This document shows, one piece after another, positions 11,441-22,979 of a stretch of DNA of 64,000 nucleotides. This DNA is from Mytilus edulis (Eukaryota), in contig NC_092347.1 of the NCBI RefSeq assembly GCF_963676685.1, positions 18,662,001-18,726,000 on the forward strand. The letters run 5' to 3'. Within the stretch, counting starts at the first letter, position 1. The number at the start of each line of letters is the position of its first letter. Position numbers and translations under genes: made by a program. The notes below the pieces were generated by a model. The model saw nothing but the letters and a program-made list of their open reading frames with translations. It was not told where the DNA came from and ran no database searches.

Positions 11441-14400
11441 TTGGTCAGCTTTGACGTCGCTGGAAGAGGGTTGGACAAGGATGTTGACATTTTGCTTGAC
11501 CATACAAATGGAATGTCAATGAATTCCATAAAGTCCCTGTACTTGCAACCTGAGGCAAGTTTAAGAATTAATAAATATCAGAAAATTATGGAACTTCACG
11601 AGGGAAATGATGCTGGTTTTTATTCTTTAGTACGGACACAAAGATATCCAGCAAATACTAAAACTTCTTCGCTTACTTTTAATGAATTCTCTTTTTTAAA
11701 AATAACGATAACTTGATCCGTGATGCATGGATGGATTACTTTCAAGATTTGGCATCTACTATGGATTCTGACAATTTTGATAAAGAACACTTTAGTCTAG
11801 TTGAAAATGATATAGAACATTTAACAAAAACCTTTACTGAAAATAAGATAGACAATATTGCACCTGTAACAGAAGTTGAAATGAAAAGTATTTTATTATC
11901 TATGAAAAATAATAAATCTGATGATGAAGAAAAAATAGCAGTTGAACATTTGAAATATGGTGGACCTATTATGATAATTATAATGACTTTATATGTAAAT
12001 GCTATTTTTAAACATTTACATAATCCAACTTTATTGAAAGGTGGGATTGCCTGTCCTGTTTTGAAAAATGGGAAACCAAAAATTGATCCGAACTCATATC
12101 GGGAAATAACTATTACAAGTACAGTAGGAAAATTTGTTGAGAAAACTCATGTATCTCAAAATAAAAACTCTGTAACTATAAACCAAAATAAACTTCAAAA
12201 AGAATTTACCTCTGGACAAATGCCTATTATTGCTGCTTTAATTTTAATTGAACTTATAATCCAAGCAATTAAGACAAAATCACCACTATATTTGGATTTA
12301 ATGGATGCAAGGAAAGATTTTATCATTGTTTGGCATCTTGGCCTGATGAGAGAAATGCACAAGTTTGGTTTAACGGGGACAATTTGTTATTTTTGAAAAG
12401 ATGTTACCAAAATCTTACATTTAAAATTAAATGGAAAGGGTAACAACAAGATGTACGACACGGCAGTATCTGGTCACCGACAGCCAATAAGATTTTAATA
12501 AATTCACTTTTACAAACTTGTATATAAATGATAAATTGCCAAAGTCTTGGTTATTGAATGGTAAATCAGTAACACTTTCCGAATTTGCAGTTCATCTTGG
12601 AATAGATAGAAATAAAACTAAAAATTATGGGGTTAAAGAAGTTGTGAACAAGCGTATTACTACTGCAAAGAAAACTGTATACTCTCTCATGGGTGCTGGG
12701 TTACACGGTTTGAATGGAGTCAATCCAAAAGTTTCTGTACACTTGATTCAAACATATGTTATACCTAGAATTCTGTATGGTTTAGATGTCATATCTCTCT
12801 CAAATACAGATATAAAAAGATGGAATTATTCTTTAGACAATTATCAAAGCAAATCCAGAACTTGCCTAAACGCAAATCAATAGCTGCAACTTTATTATTA
12901 TTAGGGCGTATTCTTATAGAGGGAGAAATTCATCAGAAAATTTTGAAAACATTTGGAAACATAATTAGAAATGATAAGTCCGTTGAAAGAGAAATTGCTT
13001 TAAGACAATTGACTATGAAAGATGAAAAATCTGAAAGTTGGTTTACAAAAACTACACAATTTGACTGTAATTAATGGATTACCATCGCCTTATGATATCA
13101 TTGAGAATCCACAATCAAAAATAAGCTGGAATAGACATGTGGATAACTGTATCAATAAACATTTTTAACAAAATTTAAAGAAGGAAGCGTAAAAAAAAGT
13201 CATCCTTGAAATATATTATTTTAATGATTCCAACATAGAAACTGTGCTTAATATTTGGAAAAGCAGTGGGACTGACCCGTACTCCGTAAATATGGCCGCT
13301 ATTAAAGTTAAAATTGCCACTGGAATAATGATTCTTCAGTATCAGAGGTCTAGATTTTCAAAACAATTGTATCTCTGCAAACTGTCCATTATGTAACATT
13401 GAACCAGAAGATATGACTCACTTTATACTTAAATATGAAAAGCTGTCAAGCATACGAAATCGCTTTATCCAAGAGCTGAAATCTTTTCTCGTATATTGTA
13501 ATAAGCCATCTTTGCTAATACAAGAACTATTTGATTATGAAGAAAATCTTTTACATTTAATTATAGTCTGAACATCATACCATTTTCTTACCTTTAAAGT
13601 CATAAGAAACCTCAAATAAAAAAAAAATCATGCATATGTTTTTAAAACTAAATGGATAGTTTTCATTATACAACTTATGAACATATACATTTTTTCTGAG
13701 GATCATTCTTTAATTTGTCCACATTTAGAAGAAGTTTATTTATTTTTAATTGCTTGCTTCCAGGAAGCAATTCGCCGACATATTTTCCGTATGCATAGTG
13801 ACCTGAGCGTAACCCTCCTCGTAAAAATCCGGCGATCGCAATACGCATGGATCTGTCATTAAAATAAACAATTATCTGATTGTACATGTTAAACACGTGC
13901 TCAATACCCATGCTTTTTGTTATTTGTTTACTATAAGGTGACAATCGGTAAACTTCGGCTTTGAAACACGGCATTTAATGAGCAGCCATACTTGTTAAAT
14001 CATAACAGACAGAGTGAAAAAAAATTGACGATTATACGATATTTCTGCGTAAAAAATGATAAAATCATGCACAGAGTTCTAAGTTTGTGATATATACATC
14101 CATTGGTTCAAGAATTGGATAAACATTATTTTTCACCACTCACTGGTTTCGTATGACTTTAAGGAACAGGTCCGTATAGCGACATTAACCAGATGCGTTA
14201 CAAACTATATAAAAACGTTTACTTTTAATATCTGAGTAAATTTATTATCAGTATAGGTGGTATAAGGAAAACCAAAGTATAATACATATTAGATAACATT
14301 TCGATATACATATGCATTGATCCGCATTTTCCTGGACTGTGTCAGGATTTATATAGTGATTCTTATTCTGCAATATTAAGAGGTAGATAGTGTTTGAAAT

Positions 14401-14810
14401 GAAAACTCGTATCCAAGGCTTGTATGATATCAAGTGGTTTTAGATTTTAAGTACTTTGTGTGCGTGTTATATATGGAATAATTGCTTACCAAATGAACAG
14501 TGGAAAATTTTTTAGATTTTAAGATAACAAGGATAGTGTTTGAACAGTAAACGCTAATACGAGGACAGGATTGTTTAGCCTATTTGATATGGAGATATAA
14601 ATAGTGAACCGGCTATGGAAGACTGTACTGTGTAATATATATAGTTAACTTCGTTTACATGGTGATGGATTAGTTCGCATGCTGTATATGTGTTACTGTT
14701 ATAATAACTACGTATAACTGATTTAATTAGTTCTCCGTGTGTAAGCGTTAGAGTGCAAATAAGAAGTACGCTTCAGAAGCGAAGCTTCTGCTAGAGGAGG
14801 AAGATACATA
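11441..14810 (+). mobile_element. Decayed non-LTR retrotransposon (RTE-X-like), 5'-truncated, split by a MITE
   Basis: Frameshifted RT motifs (EHLKYGG, PVLKNGK..PNSYREIT, DARKDF..VWH, decayed GVRQG at ~12445, SLMGAGLHGLNG), C-terminal CPLC..E...H zinc finger at ~13383; coding resumes after 14162. Clade and 3' end are tentative. Confidence 0.75.
13598..14158. mobile_element. MITE with TTAA target duplication and AG...CT termini (Kolobok-like), copy 1
   Basis: ttaa|agtcataagaaacc ... ggtttcgtatgact|ttaa; second copy at 40863-41450. Confidence 0.85.
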
Positions 14811-16182
14811 TAGTTGAAATCTAAGAACACCTTTTGCAGTTCATCGACTTGTTTTTCCAATTAATATTTATCATGTTAATTCACTAAATTATTGTCTGGT
14901 AAATTATTTTCATTATTGTCGAATTTCAAGTTCAGTGGTTATGCTATTTTGGTCTTTAGTGCATTCAGATATTTTAAATAGTGTGTAATATGTAGATGTG
15001 AAATGCTGGGATTGCCCACATGCTCCTCCTAGATCATTAAAGTCGCAAACTTCACTGTAGACATTTGTCTGCCAAACCATCACTGGGAGCTGACATGTTA
15101 CCCAAGGGAGATAAGTCAATGGAAGAGAATAAAAGATGTACTCCCTGGTTTCGGACAATTTATTGATTTTTGCACTTTCAGTTTTAAGACAAATTGATTT
15201 TACATTTTTAAATGATTTTATGAACCATTTTATAACTAATTGTGTTTAATCAAAATCAAAATCAAAATGTGTCAATTCGGGACTGAAATCACTATTCTTC
15301 CAAGGCTTAAATTAACATGTAATAATTTGCCAAGCTTAATATTTTGTTATAATATAAAAAAAATACCTTATAATTAAAACCGTTAAAGGTTGCAAACATA
15401 TCCGGAATGGATCTTGCAAGTTAGAAGCAAATAAAAACCATGTTAATTCATGTATGAAAAATCCCGCCTTTGTATCCGTGCTCCTGGCAATGTGCCAAAT
15501 TGCTTAAATGTTCATTTGTATTGACCATAACATAGCAAAATGGATGGGTTCCATCCGACATTCCTCTAAAAACTCTTCTACCCCATTTAATATAATTTTG
15601 GTTAATTCTTAGAAGACATAAATTGGTAAAGAATGGTGTCGTCTATAATCGACGACAACATTTTCTCCTCAGTATGTTATTAAAACAATTAAAACTGCAT
15701 CTCTTCACATAGGATTTGTATAGACATTAACAAATTTAGTACCTTTATTTTTTATGCATTAGGGATATTGACTACACAAGCAGGACATCACTCATATTGA
15801 AATACAAATGAAGATAAAATATAGAATAAAATACTATGATATAAAAATTAAAATAAAAAAACTCAAAAACTGCAAGAAAAATTTAAAACGAAAAGTTATA
15901 TATCATATTTTTGACTTGGAACAGGCAATAATGAATTACCCATTTTTTTTATACATAGATAAACCTCTTTTATCATATGTTTAGTAGTAAATACAGTAGT
16001 TTTGCATATATGTGATAAACAGTCTGCTGTTTAATCCATATCGCGCAACTTTGATGCGCACCCTTTATCACACCCCTACCCTTTATCACACCACTACTTT
16101 TTTTTTCTTTTTTTTTTTTTACTTAAAGTCAGTTTGGGTTTGTTTTTTTTTTTGCTTAAGGAAAAGTTTCCTCAACATAGGT

Positions 16183-17172
16183 AAATTTTTTGAATGACGT
16201 CATTGTTTGGTATGTGACGTCACGAACGTCGAGTTTTCATATTGTATGTGACGTCACGAACGTCAAGTTTTCATATTTTTTGGCACACTAAATGCAACTA
16301 TGAAAAATACAAAACACACAAATTAATACAATAATAAACAAAATATTTGTAAGGTAACCCAGGTGCTTCGGATAAGTAATTGAGCAGTTCTTTTAAGGTC
16401 TTTGAAACAAGACAAAAGTAGAACTGAAGGTAACCCAGTGCTATGGATCAGAAAACAGTTCATATAATATAATATTATTAATTCGTATATTTTAACAAAT
16501 TTGATTCGTTTAGGGATAGTCACATGTTAAACTATATTTTCGAAGGTAGAGAGAAAACGGCGGATAGCAAAACGCATATTGACCTGCAAAAAGCATATTG
16601 CACGGTTATTTTTAGAATATCTAAAAACCAATATACTTTGTGCCGTCATGTAATGAATTTCAGGATATTGTTTAACGTTTTGAAACACATGATATCTGTG
16701 ATGGATTATTTGACGAAAAAAATCTTCAAATACATAAGATGTCCAAAAAAAAAAGTAAATGAAATGTTGTTATTGACAAGGAGATAATTTAATATCTATA
16801 AAATTCCAACAAACCTTAACGACGATTTTGATACAATATGGTCAAAATTAATAATATAACAAATATAGCCTTTGTACGAGGTCAATACAGGATATATCGA
16901 CCCAAAGAAGTATATTGACCTCGGACTTCGTCCTCAGTCAATATACTTCTTTCAGGTCAATATATCCTTGTATCGACCTCATACAAAGGCTATATTTGTA
17001 TAATACTCTTCTGTTGAAATATATGATAAAGTGTATAATACATGGCAAAATCCGTATCACATGCCGTATCACCCTCGACCAATATCATCCCTCGGCCCTA
17101 AAGGCCCTTGGGCTGATATTGATGTCTCGGGATGATACGACATATGATACGGATTTTGCCATGTATTATTCT
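16183..17172 (-). mobile_element. Hairpin-terminated element (hairpin 17035-17169) containing a nested insertion
   Basis: 16183-16470 plus 17000-17172 is the reverse complement of 19757-20170. Confidence 0.7.
16471..16999 (-). mobile_element. Nested hairpin-terminated element (hairpin 16859-16999; 12-bp IRs at 16472-16483 / 16846-16857)
   Basis: Absent from the sister copy at 19757-20170; palindrome and IRs visible in the sequence. Confidence 0.72.
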
Positions 17173-17340
17173 CTATGTATTACAGTCGCGACATTTTGAT
17201 TTGCGACGTATTGTTCGTAATTTAAGCCACTTTATTTTGCATCATTTGAAATAGTGTGGCAATTGCTTTTTGATCCTTCGAATTATATGTACTTAAGGAT
17301 GTTCGATTCCTTATTTTTCAAAATAACAAGTTTTTTAGAA

Positions 17341-17540
17341 TATAAAAAAGAAGATGTGGTATGATTGCCAATGAGACAACTGTCCACAAGAGACCAAAAT
17401 GACACAGACATTAACAACTATAGGTCACTGTACGGCCTTCAACAATGAGCAAAGCCCATACCGCATAGTCGGCTATAAAAGGCCCCGATATGATAATTTA
17501 AAACAATTCATACGAGAAAACTAACGGCCTTATTTATGTA
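17341..17540 (+). repeat. Dispersed repeat (aagaagatgtggtatgattgccaatgagacaact...)
   Basis: Related copies at ~28449-28578, ~10045-10140 (inverted) and ~49593-49730. Confidence 0.7.
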
Positions 17541-18672
17541 ACCTGTTATCAATCTTAATTATTCAAAAAAAGGAACAAGATAACAGAAAAAATGAAGGAT
17601 CCATGTGCTAGTGTTTGGAGAAAGCATCCCTTGCAAATATGATGGAAAATATTTTTTCTAGATTATCATCATAAAAATATAACAATGATTTCATTTTATT
17701 TTCAATTATGACTATTTAAACTATACATAATTAATAAGTGAAAAGAAACGAAGGGGTTAGACTAATGTTTTAATGGCATTACATGGATAAACCAGATGAT
17801 TTCGAATATCTGTCAAAACCTCAATAAACAGCTGCGCCATGATTGCAAGCCTAGTCTGTCGCGACAATAAAACAGTTCGATTAATTCTAATTGTCGTATC
17901 AGAATAAGTGAAAACCTCAAGAGCGGTTATCTTAATAGATATACATCAGTAACAAAAGTCTCTTCAAAGCACTTGAAGATATTGTCTGAAAACTGGAAAA
18001 TCACCACTTATTTATGAAATAAAATCCAATAACTCGAAAATGTTGAATCGAAGATACATACAAAATAACGACATAATAAACAATTTACCAAGGTACATGA
18101 AAACTACTGCTTTTTTTAATTATTTTTCGAAAACTGGAAAATCCGGATTTTGTATTAAAAAAAACCCATAACTCAGAAACGTAATCTAAAATTTATAAAA
18201 ATCGAAAGGATCTTTATGTCAAAAGACACCAACAGTTCACAAAAAAAATCTTGCAAATAGGTGAATTTGTTTTTAGTAATCAAAGGAAGCTCACATCAAT
18301 AGATATAAACAATTCACCAAAATTTCATGCAAAAAGTAAAATCACAAAAATACTTAACTCCGAGGAAAATTCATTTATCAAATGGCAAAATAAAAAAGCT
18401 CAAAACACATCAAACGAATGGATAACAACTGTCATATTCCTGAATTAGGACCAACAAAAAATGTAGAAATAATTGTGGATTGAACCTGGTTTAAAAGCTA
18501 ACTAAACCTCTCACTTGTATGACAGTCGCATCAAATTCCATTGTATTGACAACAATGAAAACTGTTTAAAGCATTTTTGAGTTACTTGCCGACAAGTGGA
18601 CGACGGACAACAGTAAACAATAATACGTGTCGTAAGTGGGAGTATATAAACACGAGGAGCAAGCATCATTAA

Positions 18673-18914
18673 GTAGGTACATAAACACTACAGAAAAATA
18701 TCTCTGTAAAAATCAGCTGACCCGTTTTAATCGCGTTTTATTGTTACGGACATATTTAGATTCTCACTGATGAAAATAAGTGTTTGTCAAACTGCTATAA
18801 TTTTTTTCCGATAAAGTGTGTGGTTTATTTATTTATACTTTTTATATTCTTCGCCCAAGTTTATGAATATCAAACAAGGCAAATTAATTTTTAGTCAAGG
18901 TGCTTTGTACAACC
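18673..18914. mobile_element. Degenerate TTAA-flanked MITE
   Basis: ttaa|gtaggtacataaacac ... gtgctttgtacaacc|ttaa imperfect TIRs. Confidence 0.4.
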
Positions 18915-19756
18915 TTAACCCGTCTAGCCATCAATGCGCTTGTCGCTAATGATACGGCCATGGATCACACATGAATTGTTTTCGTAACTCTATTCTTTAT
19001 AGTGACAATACAGCTTGTGTTAATTTCAACTGTTCTAGATCTTCCTGATAATTCTGTAAGAGCAGTGTGTTTGTGTTGGGAGCTCCTATTAAGTAGGAAA
19101 ATTAACCGGTGTCGTTGTACTACCTATTTCAAAAGTTTCATTGATAACATATAGAATACGAAAATACTTCGGTTATTTCAAAATGCATGCCATTCCAATT
19201 CCAATATAGAATAATAATAGAATCGTAGGGACTAATGCATTATAATTTTTTTGACTTCGCTTATTGGCAGTCACATCACATTTTCTTTTTATATAATATT
19301 TACTTCACAACTGCATTCACATATTCGAAAAGATACACAAACATGACAAAAGCACAACAAAAGAAAAAAAAAAAAATTTTGCATCCCTTCCAAATAAGAG
19401 TTTGATAAAGCAAAAATAACATGTTCTATTTATATCATTCATATGTGATTTCAGTTTCAATCCTGATTCTAAATTCAGACTTTACTTTCCCAAAAAAAAT
19501 GCGGACGGAATAGAAAACACCCGTTTATTTTCTACACCCGTCAGGATAAAGGTTGAAAACAGAGACTAGAAAGATATATTTTTTCTTATTCCGATAAAAT
19601 CAAGAATTCTAAGTTATGAGTAGTGTTTGTGAACTGAATCCGAGATATTTTTTTCTTCTTGTGGTTTTTATTCCTTTATATGTAAATGATGCACTTCACC
19701 TTGTGATTGATTATTCCCTCTGTATCTTCTAACTTTTAAATAGAGAATAGAATAGT

Positions 19757-20190
19757 AAAATCCGTATCATATGTCGTATCATCCCGAGACACCAATATCA
19801 GCCCAAGGGCCTTTAGGCCCGAGGGATGATATTGGTTGAGGGTGATAAGGCATGTGATAGGATTTTGCCATGTTTTATACGCTTTATCATATATTTCAAC
19901 AGGAGAGTTATATTATATGAACTGTTCACTGGGTTACCTTCTTTTGTCTTGTTTTAAAAGCCTTAAAAGAACTGCTCAATTACTTATCCAAAGCACCTGG
20001 GTTACCTTACAATTTGCGTGCTGTTATTTTAAAAGTATTTTGTTTATTATTGTATTTTTTCGTGTGTTTTGTATTTTTAATAGTTGCATTTAGTGTGCGA
20101 AAAAATATGAAAACTTGACGTTCTCGACGTCATACGTACATACCAAACAATGACGTCATTCAATAAATTGCGTCACGCAGTAATTGATAA
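19757..20190 (+). mobile_element. Hairpin-terminated element, uninterrupted sister of 16183-17172
   Basis: Palindrome ~19757-19870 followed by a body matching 16183-16470 in inverted orientation. Confidence 0.72.
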
Positions 20191-21841
20191 ATGATGCAAG
20201 TTTAACATATTCGCACGCTTTCGAAAGAAGCGAAAACATGTTGGTTTACAGTATACTGGCCCTACTTTTAATTAGTTCTTTACTTTAGTATTGACTCCAC
20301 TTAAATGATGATATATTTGTTCTAATGATGATCTAAGGGTTCAACTAGCAAGCAAACTAACCGACGATACTACCTGTACTTTACTACTTGTATGTTCATT
20401 TGAATCTGAAATTAGAGGGGAAAAGCATTTCACATTTCAAGATGAAGTAATATTGTATAAATTTTTCAATTCTATTAAAGACTTCTTGAGAAATATTGAC
20501 ATGAAGTTGTTTTAAAGCACTTAAGAAATTATGATTGAAAACAAGTAAATAAAAATACTGAACTTCGAGGAAAATTCAAAACGCAAAGTCCTTATCAAAT
20601 GGCAAAAATCAAAAGCTAAAAAACTCAAAACGCACGGAAAGCAACTGTCATATTCCTGACTTGGTATAGGCATTTACTTTGGAAGAAAATTGTGGATTGA
20701 GGTTTGAATCGTGGCTTAATATGCTGAAGGTTCGATTCCCTGCATAGACAATGGAAATTAAGTGGATTTCTACATCAATTTTGAAATTTAGTTTTTATTC
20801 CGCATACATGTTTTCGAATATTATTTTGTGTTCGACATTCCTGCTAAAATGTGGCAAAACAAAAGAAATAAAATTGAGAATGGAAATGGGGAATGTGCCA
20901 AAGAGACAACAACCCGACCATAAAAAAAAACAACAGCAGAAGGTCACCAACAGGTCTTCAATGTAGCGAGAAATTCCCGCATGCAGAACAATAAAACTCA
21001 AGGCAGGGTGATTTACCCACTCAGATAAACAATGTAAAAACAAAGAAGTTGGGATGTAAAATGTAGATAAGAATTACAGATCAGACGACAAAGCCTGTAT
21101 TTAAAGATTTTTTGTATCCCCAGCCCCTTTTTCATAAGACCGCAAAAACCCATGTTGCTAGTGCGTACAAACATATAACATCGGACATCAAATGTGATGA
21201 CACTTAAAACAAACACAAATAAAAAAAACACTATATATAACACGTAGTTAAAATGATACACAACCTCAGTACATAGATTCTATACTACAAAACTATGATG
21301 CATTATTTGTGAAGTTAATATGGAATACAAATGCTTAATATATTGAAATATATCGAGTGTAATTCAAATACATTTTAGACAATTAAATTAATGTTGTATA
21401 ACAAGCTATAATTCGTTCAGAGTTGATTAAAGTTTTGACTTAACATTACAGAACAAAATCAGTGATATTCCATTGACGGTCAATTCCAAGCAAAAGAAAA
21501 TATTAACATAAAAAATGCACGAAACTTCTTCTACACATAATAATGAATATAAACATACTGTTCGGTTTATAAATGTTCCATTGGTTATTTTTGTATCATT
21601 TGCCTCTCTTTTCTGAAGTTAAATCAATTTATTATCACAACAGTAATATACCGCTGTTCAAAAGACAATAACAATCAAAACCAAGGAGAGAACAAAGACT
21701 CACAAAACCAAAGGACATTAACATCAACATTAATAAATCAGAAATAAGAAACAACACGAGCGCCACTAAAAACCGGGAGTGAAATCGGGTGCTCCAGAAG
21801 GGTAAGCATTTCCTGAACCGTACACGTCACCCGTCGTGTTA

Positions 21842-21989
21842 CAGGGGCGGATCCAGCCATTTTAAAAAGGGGGGTTCCTAACCCAGGACAAAGGGGGGGA
21901 TTCCAATTACATGTCCCCATTCAAATGCATTGATCGTCCAAAAAAAGGGGGGTTCCAGGAACCCGCCCCCCCCTCTGGATCCGCGCCTG
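21842..21989. mobile_element. GC-rich MITE (CAGG...CCTG)
   Basis: TIR caggggcggatccag / ctggatccgcgcctg, flanked by the direct repeat gtgtta. Confidence 0.8.
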
Positions 21990-22254
21990 GTGTTATTTCT
22001 TTGTTATAAAAGTCATAAATCGATAGAGAGGAAATAAACCAGGGTTACAAACTAAAACCGAGGGAAACACATCAACTTTAAGAGGGAAACAACGATTTAC
22101 AGAACACAAAAGTATTTACAAAGTAATTATAAAGTGTGTTTTCTACTACTGTATCATTAAAAGTAAATAACTGGTATGTGTGCTTATCATCTCATGTTTA
22201 CCCATTTATTTTTTTATTTGTACGCTAGCAGAGAATGTTATGACTTTTTTATAG

Positions 22255-22979
22255 ATACCTCCGAATGTGGCGAGGCGGATTGTAAAGGAAATGAGCCACC
22301 AAGATTTGTTTGCCTCTCAGCCTCTAGTAAGAACAACCTTTATACATGCGTTTTTGGCAATAGATGTTTAGCGTCTAGACTAACAGACACTTTGAATATC
22401 ATCACGAAATTCAAATTAGCATATCCCGAAATAGCTGATGACGATAAAATACTACTCGAGTTTGGATTTATGACATCAATGTCTCTTCGTTCGGATATAA
22501 TTGTTAGAGCCTTAAGGTGTATGGAGGAACCCGGAATATGTTTCTATATACTAGATGACGTATGGACAAAACTGGAAAACGTAGCATATCAAGAGATATC
22601 CGAATATGTACAAGTAGACATAACACTTGAGCTTCATCAATCCAACTTTGTTCTTCTCTCAAACTCGAAAAACATTTATATATCAAAAACGTCAAATGAT
22701 TTATCCATGGACGAGCTTTTTCCTGTGTTTGGATTTTACAATACACACCTTATCCATATTTCACAAACAATTTATTCCAAGTATGATATACGCTTTGACG
22801 GAACTACAGTTGATCCGCACCTATTTATTTCAGAAGATTTCACTACCTTGTCGACTTCCCAATTACTGGTTAAAAGACAACATCCCTATTTTTGGGGAAG
22901 TCCCGTTTTTTGCATTCCGGTAGCAGTATTGAATGCATGTACATGTATTTATTATTGTAGCAGGATGCCGAACAATTAA
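22255..22979 (+). CDS. Gene copy 1, coding exon 3: SPRY/B30.2-like domain plus C-terminal hydrophobic segment
   Basis: Acceptor ttttttatag|AT (phase 1), open to the stop at 22979. Spliced CDS 193+213+725=1131 nt, 376 aa. Strong similarity to 48820-49652. Confidence 0.8.
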
